Shown here in pieces: positions 1 to 8,644 of a stretch of 64,000 nucleotides of DNA. Source of the stretch: Candidatus Eremiobacteria bacterium (GTDB lineage: Bacteria; Vulcanimicrobiota; Vulcanimicrobiia; Vulcanimicrobiales; Vulcanimicrobiaceae); NCBI GenBank assembly GCA_963758295.1, contig CAVWUU010000004.1, positions 224,001 to 288,000 on the forward strand, in the 5' to 3' direction. The notes beneath the pieces were generated by a model, which saw nothing but the letters and a program-made list of their open reading frames with translations, did not search any database and had not been told where the DNA came from. The position numbers and the translations under genes were made by a program. Within the stretch, counting starts at the first letter, position 1; each line of letters begins with the position of its first letter.

Positions 1-1
1 C

Positions 2-271
2 GGGCGGCTAAGCGAACTCGAAGCGCTGGCTCGTACCGACCTGTCCCGGGTCGGATTTGTACGATATGATGCCTTCGACGGCTCCGGTGCCGAACTGTCC
101 TACGCCATGGCTCTACTCAACCGGGATGGCGACGGCGTCGTAATTTCGAGCATTTACTCCCGCGCCGATACCCGCACGTTCGGGAAGGGCGTTGCGGGGT
201 ACAAACCGGCAGTTAACGCTTCGGAAGAAGAGCTGCTGGCGATCGAACGGGCTCGCGCGGCTAAGGCATGA
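2..271 (+). CDS. DUF4446 family protein (5'-truncated by window edge)
   Basis: Manual translation of frame +2: GRLSELEALARTDLSRVGFVRYDAFDGSGAELSYAMALLNRDGDGVVISSIYSRADTRTFGK...SEEELLAIERA*; stop TGA overlaps the next ATG (ATGA). Confidence 0.75.
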   Translation, partial: GRLSELEALARTDLSRVGFVRYDAFDGSGAELSYAMALLNRDGDGVVISSIYSRADTRTFGKGVAGYKPAVNASEEELLAIERARAAKA

Positions 272-1197
272 TCAAAGATCGTTATTACGTGAAGATCGTC
301 CCCCACAAGGGCGAGACGGTCCACCGCTTCGAGGTGCATCGACGCCAAATCGCCGCCGTGGCGACGATAGTGGCTTGCGTCATTTTCGGGTCGCTCGTCA
401 TAGCCGCGGCTCAGCTCGTGCATGCGCGTTCGCAAGTCGTATATCTGCAGGCACAGGCAGCCTCGCAACAAGCGACGCTCAAGCAAATCGACAAGCAGAC
501 CGACGCGCTGCGCCGCGAGCTGCAGCACGTCCAGAAGCAGAACACCGAGATCCGGCAGCTAATCGGCGCCCCCGCGTCGACCCCCGCCCCGGCGAAGTCG
601 AATTTACAAAAGACGTCGTGGGTGCATGGCCGACCGTCGTTGCCCGCCGTTCAGGCGCGCGTTGAAGCGCTCGAGGCCGCATCCAGCATCACGACGCAAG
701 ATTCCGAAAAGATCAAACGCCTCGCGCTGCATGTCTTGAATTTGCGCCACCTGCGGGATCTCGCGCGAGCGCAAATGGTCGCGGCGATTCCGTCCATCGA
801 TCCGGTAGACGGCGCCGAAATCGTGGGCTGCTACTGCTACCGCACGTATCCTGACACGGAATTCCATGAGGGCGTCGATCTGGGCGCCGACTACGGTCAA
901 ACGGTGCGCGCGTCGGCCGCCGGCACGATCGTCGCGACCGGATACGACGGCGGATACGGCATCAAAGTGGACATCGACCACGGCAACGGTTATCACACGT
1001 GGTACGCGCACTTATCGCGTGTCGACGTTCAAGTCGGCCAGCACGTATATAAAGGCCAGAGCATCGCCGCCGTCGGTGCAACGGGCTTCGCCACGGGACC
1101 ACACCTGCATTACCAGGTGATGTATAACGGATCGCCCGTCGATCCGACGCCGTTCCTCACCGGCGTCCCCTCAAATGTCCTAGCGTCGCTTCCGTAG
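268..1197 (+). CDS. M23 family metallopeptidase (N-terminal TM + coiled coil)
   Basis: HEGVD (HxxxD), YAHLS and GPHLHY zinc motifs. Confidence 0.92.
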   Translation: MIKDRYYVKIVPHKGETVHRFEVHRRQIAAVATIVACVIFGSLVIAAAQLVHARSQVVYLQAQAASQQATLKQIDKQTDALRRELQHVQKQNTEIRQLIGAPASTPAPAKSNLQKTSWVHGRPSLPAVQARVEALEAASSITTQDSEKIKRLALHVLNLRHLRDLARAQMVAAIPSIDPVDGAEIVGCYCYRTYPDTEFHEGVDLGADYGQTVRASAAGTIVATGYDGGYGIKVDIDHGNGYHTWYAHLSRVDVQVGQHVYKGQSIAAVGATGFATGPHLHYQVMYNGSPVDPTPFLTGVPSNVLASLP

Positions 1198-1212
1198 AAC
1201 AGCCGACGCACC

Positions 1213-1497
1213 GTGAATGGATTAATCTGCCAACTCGACCTCGCGGTCGTCTGGGTCCTCCGCGTCTATTCGATCATACTGCTGATTTACGCGATTCTTT
1301 CGTGGATTCCGGATCTGCGCGGGAACTGGGTACGATACTTCGCAATGCTGGTCGAGCCGGTGCTGAGTCCGCTCCGCCGGATCATCCCGCCGCTTGGCGG
1401 TCTGGACCTCTCGTTTCTCGTGCTCATCCTCGCGTTGAACTACCTCATCATTCCGCTCGTCTATCGAGCGGCAGCCGGGGCTTGCTTCCCCTATTAA
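1213..1497 (+). CDS. yggT: YggT family membrane protein
   Basis: ILSWIP...EPVLSPLRRIIPPLGGLDLSFLV signature. Confidence 0.9.
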   Translation: MNGLICQLDLAVVWVLRVYSIILLIYAILSWIPDLRGNWVRYFAMLVEPVLSPLRRIIPPLGGLDLSFLVLILALNYLIIPLVYRAAAGACFPY

Positions 1498-3333
1498 TTG
1501 GACTTGAGTATCAAAGCCGAGAATCCGCACCGCACCGAAGTTGCCTCTAACGTTCGCAACTTTTGCATCATCGCACACATCGATCACGGAAAGACGACCC
1601 TTTCCGACCGTTTGCTCGAGCTCACGAAGACCGTCGAATCGCGCGATATGGAAGATCAGGCGCTTGATGCGATGGACCTGGAGCGCGAACGCGGTATCAC
1701 GATTCGGATGCATCCGGTCACGCTCAGCTATCGCGCGAAAGACGGGCAGACCTACGAGCTAAACCTGATCGACACGCCGGGACACGTCGACTTTTCGTAT
1801 GAAGTTTCACGGTCGCTCGCCGCGTGCGAGGGCGCGTTGCTTATCATCGATGCGGCGCAAGGTATCGAAGCGCAAACGCTGGCGAACTATCATCTCGCCG
1901 TGGAGCACGATCTTACGATCATTCCGGTGATCAACAAGATCGACTTGCCCGCCGCCGACCCCGAGCGGGTGATGAACGAAGTCGAAGAACTGCTGATCAT
2001 CGAGAAGAGCGAATGCATTCTCGCGAGCGCCAAGAACGGCATCGGCGTCGAAGACATTCTCGAAGCGATCGTCACGCGGATTCCGCCGCCGAAGGGGCAC
2101 AACGACCATCTTCGCGGGTTGGTTTTTAACGCGCAGTTCGATCCGTATCGCGGCGTCGTCTCGTACGTGCGCGTTGCCGACGGCGAACTCAAAGCCGGCA
2201 GCAAGTTCATGTCGATGGCGCATGAGCGCGTTTACGAATGTACGGAAGTCGGCGTCTTCGGGCCGCAGATGAAGCCGGTGAAGAAGCTCGCAATGGGCAG
2301 CGTCGGCTACGTCATCGCGAACATCAAATCGCTTGGCGACATCGACGTCGGCGACACGCTGACCGAAGCGCACAATCCGGCGCACGTGCCGCTAGCGGGA
2401 TACCGCAAGGCCGTGCCGATGGTGTATTGCGGCCTCTACCCCAACGAAGGCGCGGAGTACGAAGAGCTGCGCGACGCGCTCGACAAGATGAAACTCAACG
2501 ATGCCGCGCTTTCCTATGAACCGGAAACTTCCGTGGCACTCGGCTTTGGTTTCCGCTGCGGATTCTTGGGCCTTTTACACATGGAGATCGTGCAGGAGCG
2601 GCTCGAGCGCGATTTCAGCCTGGACCTCATCGCGACGTCGCCCTCGGTCGTCTTCCGCGTGACGCGCACCGACGGCAACGTCGAGATGATCGACAATCCG
2701 TCGAAGCTCCCTGCCAGCAATTTGATCGACACGATCGAGGAGCCGTTCGTCAAGGCGACCATCATTACGCCGCCCGATTACGTAGGCGCGATTATGGATA
2801 TTACGATCAGCCGCCGCGGCACGCTCTTGAACATGGAGTATTTGCATGACGGCCGCGTCATCCTGACGTTCGAAATGCCGCTCATCGAAGTCATCGTAGA
2901 CTTCTTCGATCAACTGAAATCGCGTACGAAGGGCTACGCTTCATTGGACTATGAAGTAATTGGTTACCGCGAAGGCGACCTGGTGAAGCTTGAAATTCTG
3001 CTGAACAGCGAATCGGTGGACGCTCTGTCGTTCATCGTCGCGCGCGAAAAAGCGGCTTCGCGTGGGCGCGCGCTTGCGGAGAAGCTCAAAGAACTCATTC
3101 CGCGACAGATGTTTGAAGTGCCGATTCAAGCGGCCATCGGCGGCAAGGTCGTCGCTCGCGAAACGGTCAGCGCGCAGCGCAAGAACGTTCTGGCGAAGTG
3201 TTACGGCGGCGACATCTCGCGTAAGCGCAAGCTGCTCGAGAAGCAGAAGGCCGGTAAGGAACGCATGAAACGTGTCGGCCGCGTGGAGCTTCCGCAAGAA
3301 GCGTTCATGGCGGTTCTCAAACTCGAAGATTAA
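1498..3333 (+). CDS. lepA: Elongation factor 4 (LepA)
   Basis: [47 protein letters not shown]. Confidence 0.98.
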   Translation: MDLSIKAENPHRTEVASNVRNFCIIAHIDHGKTTLSDRLLELTKTVESRDMEDQALDAMDLERERGITIRMHPVTLSYRAKDGQTYELNLIDTPGHVDFSYEVSRSLAACEGALLIIDAAQGIEAQTLANYHLAVEHDLTIIPVINKIDLPAADPERVMNEVEELLIIEKSECILASAKNGIGVEDILEAIVTRIPPPKGHNDHLRGLVFNAQFDPYRGVVSYVRVADGELKAGSKFMSMAHERVYECTEVGVFGPQMKPVKKLAMGSVGYVIANIKSLGDIDVGDTLTEAHNPAHVPLAGYRKAVPMVYCGLYPNEGAEYEELRDALDKMKLNDAALSYEPETSVALGFGFRCGFLGLLHMEIVQERLERDFSLDLIATSPSVVFRVTRTDGNVEMIDNPSKLPASNLIDTIEEPFVKATIITPPDYVGAIMDITISRRGTLLNMEYLHDGRVILTFEMPLIEVIVDFFDQLKSRTKGYASLDYEVIGYREGDLVKLEILLNSESVDALSFIVAREKAASRGRALAEKLKELIPRQMFEVPIQAAIGGKVVARETVSAQRKNVLAKCYGGDISRKRKLLEKQKAGKERMKRVGRVELPQEAFMAVLKLED

Positions 3334-3356
3334 CGGGCGACTCATCGAGCGTTTCC

Positions 3357-3953
3357 ATGAAGACTTACATCGCGACTAAGAACGAAGGCAAGCTCGCCGA
3401 GATTCGTACGATGCTAAACGGCTCCGGGCTCAATCTTTGTACTTACGCCGGGTATCGCGACCCCGAAGAAGGCGAGACCAGCTACGTCGACAACGCGCTC
3501 TTGAAGGCGCGTACGCTGCGCGAGCAGTTGCGCGACGCCGGTGTCATTGACGCTGCGGTGCTCGCCGACGACAGCGGAATTGAAATTGAGGCGTTCGGCG
3601 GCAGGCCCGGCGTGTTGTCCGCGCGTTACGCAGGCGAATCGACGCCTTGGCCCGAGCGCCGCGATTTTTTGCTGGGCGAGCTGAGCGGCGTTCCGGAAGA
3701 GCGGCGCGGCGCGAGGTTTGTTTGCGTGATGGCGTACATCGCGCCGGACGGGCGCGAGACGGTCGTCCGCGGCGAAGTGGACGGCCGCATTCCCGTAGCC
3801 GAAAAGGGCGAACACGGCTTTGGTTACGATCCGGTGTTTTTCTATCCGCCGATCGAGAAAACGTTCGCGGAGATTCCGGAAGAAGATAAGAATCGCTTGA
3901 GCCATCGCGGCCGCGCAGCGCGCGCGCTGCTGGAAGCCCTGCAGCGAGCATGA
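3357..3953 (+). CDS. rdgB: dITP/XTP pyrophosphatase (RdgB/HAM1)
   Basis: ATKNEGK, ADDSG, GFGYDPVF, KNRLSHRGRA. Confidence 0.95.
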   Translation: MKTYIATKNEGKLAEIRTMLNGSGLNLCTYAGYRDPEEGETSYVDNALLKARTLREQLRDAGVIDAAVLADDSGIEIEAFGGRPGVLSARYAGESTPWPERRDFLLGELSGVPEERRGARFVCVMAYIAPDGRETVVRGEVDGRIPVAEKGEHGFGYDPVFFYPPIEKTFAEIPEEDKNRLSHRGRAARALLEALQRA

Positions 3954-4807
3954 ACGAACCGCAGATCGTTCCGGCAACCGGCGGCGATTTGCGGCAATTG
4001 GCGGCACGCCGCTGGAGCGATGATGAGAGCCGGCGTCTCTATGTCTCCCTCGCGCAATCGGCGCCGCACGGTGCATGGATTGCAAGTGACGACGGCACGC
4101 CGGTTGGTGCTGCGTTCGGACATGTTTCTTCCGACGAGCTCTACATCAGCGAACTTTTCGTCGAGCCTTCGTTCCGGCGGCAGGGTCTGGGCTGGAAGCT
4201 CATGACGGCGATCACCCAGGATGCCGGCGACCTTTCGCTTTCGGGACTCGTGGAAGCCAACGATGCATCGTCCCTAGCGTTTTTCTTGCGACGCGGGATA
4301 GCATTGCAGGCACCGGTGCTGCGCGTTGCCGGTGCCGTCCCCCGCGAAGAAGAACTCATTCAAATGGCGGCCGGCGATTATCGCTTCAACGCCGTCCCGA
4401 TCGATCCGCGCGCACACCGCCATGCCCTCGATGCGCTCGACCGCGAAGTGCGCGGCACAGCGCGCCCCGAGGATCACGAAAGTTTCGCGCAGCTTGCAAC
4501 AGGCACAGCCTTCATATTGAATGACGAGATCGTAGGCTACGCCTACGTTTGGCCCGACGGCCGCATTGGTCCGCTCGTGTCGGCTTCCGGCGCGTATTTG
4601 GTTCAATTCTTTGCGTTCGCGCTTGCATCGCTCGCACGCGCTTATCGCGCGTCTTGGTGTATGGCGCTCGTTCCCGGAAACAACGTGCGCCTTATGCGGG
4701 CTGCCGTGCGTGTCGGTCTCACGCTGGATCAAGTACGCATTTTCGCATCCGATCAACCTTTGCTCGATCTCTCGCGCTACGTTGGATTCCACGCGCTCAC
4801 TTTCTAA
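3950..4807 (+). CDS. GNAT family N-acetyltransferase
   Basis: LFVEPSFRRQGLG acetyl-CoA motif A; C-terminal GRIGPLV domain. Confidence 0.85.
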   Translation: MNEPQIVPATGGDLRQLAARRWSDDESRRLYVSLAQSAPHGAWIASDDGTPVGAAFGHVSSDELYISELFVEPSFRRQGLGWKLMTAITQDAGDLSLSGLVEANDASSLAFFLRRGIALQAPVLRVAGAVPREEELIQMAAGDYRFNAVPIDPRAHRHALDALDREVRGTARPEDHESFAQLATGTAFILNDEIVGYAYVWPDGRIGPLVSASGAYLVQFFAFALASLARAYRASWCMALVPGNNVRLMRAAVRVGLTLDQVRIFASDQPLLDLSRYVGFHALTF

Positions 4808-5007
4808 ATTGCCATCCAGTTGGCGTAATAGAGTTTGACCATGTCCGCGGGCGAAAAGCGCAAAATATCAGCGAGATGATCGGCGGAAATATTGCCTGGC
4901 GAAGGATAGAAGAAGAACTCGACAAATGTGAGGTCCGTTGCGCGAATTGCCATCGAAGGAAGACTGCCTTACAATTCGGGTGGTTTCGCACGACCTTCGG
5001 GACGTAG
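4808..5007 (+). pseudogene. C-terminal remnant of a phage-type HNH endonuclease
   Basis: In-frame VIEFDHVRGRKAQNISEMIGGNIAWRRIEEELDKCEVRCANCHRRKT; no start codon upstream of EFDH and no N-terminal CxxC after the GNAT stop; stop TAG lies inside tRNA-Pro. Confidence 0.75.
4947..4975 (+). promoter_or_regulatory. sigma70-type promoter for tRNA-Pro/Arg/His operon
   Basis: TTGCCA (4947-4952), 17-nt spacer, TACAAT (4970-4975); 22 nt upstream of tRNA-Pro. Confidence 0.75.
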
Positions 5008-5074
5008 CTCAGCTTGGTAGAGCACTGCGTTTGGGACGCAGGGGTCGCTGGTTCGAGTCCAGTCGTCCCGACCA
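4998..5074 (+). tRNA. tRNA-Pro(TGG)
   Basis: Cloverleaf; CTGCG-tttggga-CGCAG anticodon arm, GGTTCGAGTCC T-arm, encoded CCA. Confidence 0.96.
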
Positions 5075-5135
5075 TGAAGGTACTTGCGGGCGCATGGTAT
5101 CCTAACGAGGGTACCGCGCCCGCGGTGCCGCTCGA

Positions 5136-5209
<74 letters not shown>

Positions 5210-5233
5210 AATTGGTGGCCCGGAAATTGGAGT

Positions 5234-5312
5234 GGTGGTTGTAGCTCAGCTGGTTAGAGCGCTCGACTGTGACTCGAGAGGTTCGCGGGTTCGAACCCCG
5301 TCAGCCACCCCA
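5234..5312 (+). tRNA. tRNA-His(GTG)
   Basis: G-1 plus GTGGTTG/CAGCCAC stem, CTCGA-ctgtgac-TCGAG anticodon arm, C discriminator and CCA. Confidence 0.95.
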
Positions 5313-5320
5313 ATAGACAA

Positions 5321-5357
5321 GCGAGCCCGCGGCTTAATGCAGCGGGCTTGTTCTCTT
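5321..5357 (+). terminator. Probable intrinsic terminator after tRNA-His
   Basis: GCGAGCCCGC...GCGGGCTTGT stem followed by a pyrimidine tract. Confidence 0.55.
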
Positions 5358-5419
5358 AACATCGGCGAAGCTCCGCACGGGAGTAGTCCGACCGGACTAC
5401 GCGGAAAAGTCCCGTCTTA

Positions 5420-8215
5420 ATGAAGAGCGAAGCGGCCTTTCGGCTGCGATGGCGGGAGTCGCTCGGGCTCATCATCATGGTTTTATCCACGGTGGGCCTG
5501 GTTTTCGTCCTTCTGCAGTATGCACGTCTCAATAGCGAAACCGGATTAGACGCCGGCTCCATGGCGCGCGAGCGCATGGCGGTGTCTATGATCGGCCGCA
5601 TCGTCGACACGATGCAGTCGCTTTTCGCCTACCAACACGCGCTCGAACTGGAAGATCTTCCAAACGTTCCCAGGTTCCGCGCGGAAGCGGACCACAAGCT
5701 GAGAACCGTTATCGAAGAGTTTCGCACGGGTGACGCGTCGTCGATAGCGCCGGAACGGCTCAATAAGGTCGCCGACGCGTGGAAGGCTGCGTACGCCGCC
5801 AAACCGGGACACGGCGCAGAAGTCCAATTGCGCAAGGTGATCGTGGCGCTTGAGTCTTCCGTCGGATCCATGGAAGATGCTTCCAACCTTACGTACGACC
5901 CTAGCTCGGACGCTCAGAATCTCGCGGACGCCGTCGTCGTCGAGTTGCCCTTTGCGACCGCCGCGATTGCACGCATCCGCACCATTTCAGATGAAGCAAT
6001 CCGCAGCGGCGACATCTCGTTTGCCGAACGCATCGCCGCTTCGAACAGCGCAAGCAGCTTGCGTAGCAACACCGATTTTTCGGCAACCGATTACATTCCG
6101 CTCGTTGCGCGGAATTTGTCACAAGCGATGCCCGAGCGCGCGGCACAGTTCTCGCAACTTCCGCGCATATCCGACAGCTTGTACGACCAGGCCAGCAACT
6201 TCGGAGACCTGATCTCGAGCAAAATCTTGTTGCTGCCGAAGCCGGCTATCGCACAAGCTCAGGTCGATGCCGCGGCAAACGCGCTCATGCAGTCGACGCT
6301 GAAGGGTTATAAAAAATTCAGCGCCGCCTTAGACGCAAGCTTGGTGCATCGCGGCGAAACGCAACGGCTGCGTACGCGTTACCTGTACCTTGCCTTCCTT
6401 TTCTCAGCCGCATTGTTCATCGGCATCATGATCGCCATCGCTCAACTGGTCGCCGTTCGCGACCGCCGGCTTCTAAAGGAAGCGCAACGAGAATCGGCGC
6501 GCCTCACTGCCGAGCTCGCTCGCCAGCACGCAGAAGAGGCATTGCGCCTTTCCGAAGCACAGTTCCGCGCCGTGTTCGATGGAGCCGCCGTCGGCATTGC
6601 GGTCGTCGATCGCAGCGGCCGGCTCGTAGACGGCAACGACGTCTTTCGTACGATGTTCGGCGACTCCATCGACGCCGCGCTCGACGGCCATGAAGACGAA
6701 CTTGCTCAGCTCTTGGCGGGCCAACGTGAAACCTTCGAGTTCGAGCAGCATTTGAGCTCGACCGTCGGGCAAGAAGTCTGGACCGACGTTACGGTTTCGA
6801 TAGTCAACGGTCCGCGCAACATGCCGCTTTACGCGATCTGCATGTTTCGCGATAAAACCGAGCTCAAGCATCGCGAGCGCCGCATGCTGCACGATCAGAC
6901 TCACGATCTATTGACCGGTCTCCCGAATCGCAAACTCTTCGAGGAGCGTCTGCGCAGCCGTTTTGCCGAGGCAGGCGCGCTCCTGGATTCGTTCTATGGC
7001 GTACTCTTCGTCGATCTCGCGCACTTCAAGGACATCAACGAAAGCCTCGGACACGCCGCCGGCGACTTGGTGCTTACGCAAGTCGCGCAACGGATGAAGG
7101 GCTGCATCGACTCGCGTGACGTGGTAGCGCGTCTGGGCGGTGATGAGTTCGCGATTTTGATTCAGTCGCTCGGCGATATTCTTCACGTCGAAGCAATGGC
7201 GCGGCGGGTGTTGAACGTGCTTTCCAAAGCGGTACCCATCGGGCCGAAATCTGTTTACCTTGGCGCGAACATCGGAATCGCAATCGGCTCATCGAGCTAC
7301 GAGCGAGCCGAAGACGTGATGCGCGATGCCGAAATCGCCATGCAGCACGCGAAGAGCAGCGGCGGTGCGCGCTATGCCGTGTTTGACTCGAAGATGCACG
7401 CGCGCGCGCAAAAGCGCCTGGAATTGGCGACCGATTTGCGTTTAGCGGTCGAGCGAAACGAGTTCCGGCTGCTGTATCAACCGATCGTCAGCATTCACGA
7501 TGGACGTCTGGTGGGATGCGAGGCATTGATCCGTTGGGATCATCCGGTCGACGGCGTGTTGAATCCGTCGGAATTCATTCCGCTCGCGGAGCAAACCGGG
7601 CTCGCTGCCCCGATCGGCCGCTTCGTCGTGTCGACCGCGGCAGCGCAGTTAGCGGCATGGCGCCGGTCGAGCGGTCGAGACATGGCCTTCGCGATGCACG
7701 TCAACGCCTCGGCCGCCGAGGTGATCGATCCCGATTTCGAACGGAATCTCGTGCAGATCGTTGAGCGCAACGGCCTGTCTCCGTCGGACTTTACCGTTGA
7801 AATTACGGAGAATGTCGTACTTGATGCGGGCACGCGCGCAAACCTCGTGCTCGAACGCATTCGCGAGCGGGGATTCAAGCTGTGCATCGACGACTTCGGA
7901 ACCGGCTATTCCTCGCTGCGATATCTGCAACAATTCAAAGTCGACTCGATTAAGATCGATCGGTCGTTCGTTTCCAGCGCGGGCGGAGAACTTGCGAGCG
8001 AGCCGATCGTCCGGACCTTGATGACCCTCGCCGAAGCCTTCGACGTTAAAGTTGTCGCGGAAGGCGTCGAAACGCCGCGCCAGCGTGACGTGTTGCGAAA
8101 CGCCGGCTGCCGGCTCGCACAAGGCTATTTGTACGCACGACCGCTCTCACCCGATGACATGCGCGCGTTCTACCCGGAGACGCTGGGCCGAACGGCGAAA
8201 TCGGCTTCCGCTTAA
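5420..8215 (+). CDS. Membrane-bound PAS-GGDEF-EAL diguanylate cyclase/phosphodiesterase
   Basis: Two TM segments flanking an extracytoplasmic domain; PAS; RLGGDEF; CEALIRW; IDDFGTGYSSL. Confidence 0.93.
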   Translation: MKSEAAFRLRWRESLGLIIMVLSTVGLVFVLLQYARLNSETGLDAGSMARERMAVSMIGRIVDTMQSLFAYQHALELEDLPNVPRFRAEADHKLRTVIEEFRTGDASSIAPERLNKVADAWKAAYAAKPGHGAEVQLRKVIVALESSVGSMEDASNLTYDPSSDAQNLADAVVVELPFATAAIARIRTISDEAIRSGDISFAERIAASNSASSLRSNTDFSATDYIPLVARNLSQAMPERAAQFSQLPRISDSLYDQASNFGDLISSKILLLPKPAIAQAQVDAAANALMQSTLKGYKKFSAALDASLVHRGETQRLRTRYLYLAFLFSAALFIGIMIAIAQLVAVRDRRLLKEAQRESARLTAELARQHAEEALRLSEAQFRAVFDGAAVGIAVVDRSGRLVDGNDVFRTMFGDSIDAALDGHEDELAQLLAGQRETFEFEQHLSSTVGQEVWTDVTVSIVNGPRNMPLYAICMFRDKTELKHRERRMLHDQTHDLLTGLPNRKLFEERLRSRFAEAGALLDSFYGVLFVDLAHFKDINESLGHAAGDLVLTQVAQRMKGCIDSRDVVARLGGDEFAILIQSLGDILHVEAMARRVLNVLSKAVPIGPKSVYLGANIGIAIGSSSYERAEDVMRDAEIAMQHAKSSGGARYAVFDSKMHARAQKRLELATDLRLAVERNEFRLLYQPIVSIHDGRLVGCEALIRWDHPVDGVLNPSEFIPLAEQTGLAAPIGRFVVSTAAAQLAAWRRSSGRDMAFAMHVNASAAEVIDPDFERNLVQIVERNGLSPSDFTVEITENVVLDAGTRANLVLERIRERGFKLCIDDFGTGYSSLRYLQQFKVDSIKIDRSFVSSAGGELASEPIVRTLMTLAEAFDVKVVAEGVETPRQRDVLRNAGCRLAQGYLYARPLSPDDMRAFYPETLGRTAKSASA

Positions 8216-8276
8216 CACTTGCGTCAGCAGGAGTGCAGACGGGAAGTGCGTATCCTGGTGCTGCCGGAAAAACGGC

Positions 8277-8306
8277 TTGCCAAACGGCGCATCGCAACGC
8301 TATAGT
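8277..8306 (+). promoter_or_regulatory. sigma70-type promoter for tRNA-Lys pair
   Basis: TTGCCA-N18-TATAGT, 15 nt upstream of tRNA-Lys. Confidence 0.55.
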
Positions 8307-8321
8307 ATGGCAGTTGCATGG

Positions 8322-8394
8322 GCGCCTTTAGCTCAGTCGGTAGAGCAGTAGACTTTTAATCTATTGGTCCCGGGTTCGAGTCCCGGAGGGCGCA
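8322..8394 (+). tRNA. tRNA-Lys(TTT)
   Basis: Cloverleaf; GTAGA-cttttaa-TCTAT anticodon arm; CCA not encoded. Confidence 0.94.
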
Positions 8395-8401
8395 AAGATC
8401 C

Positions 8402-8476
<75 letters not shown>

Positions 8477-8481
8477 AGTTC

Positions 8482-8518
8482 AACGAGACGGTTCCTCTGA
8501 ACCGTCTCGTTTATTATT
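8482..8518 (+). terminator. Intrinsic terminator after tRNA-Lys
   Basis: AACGAGACGGTTC-ctct-GAACCGTCTCGTT perfect stem followed by T-rich tail. Confidence 0.8.
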
Positions 8519-8644
8519 GTCGACACTACGTGTACTAGCGGGCAACCGGTCGCGATGCGACTGTTGTAGCTCTGGACGGCCGGGTTCTGCTATCGTAACC
8601 GTAACAGCTTTAGGGTTCCCGCTTATGAAGTAGGAGACGGCTAG

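Noticed and set aside
4549..4807. Full-length 152-aa HNH ORF overlapping the GNAT gene
   Set aside because: The part upstream of 4808 is an Arg-rich alternative frame of the GNAT gene; its RACRAC segment is probably chance, and only the 3' part is HNH-like
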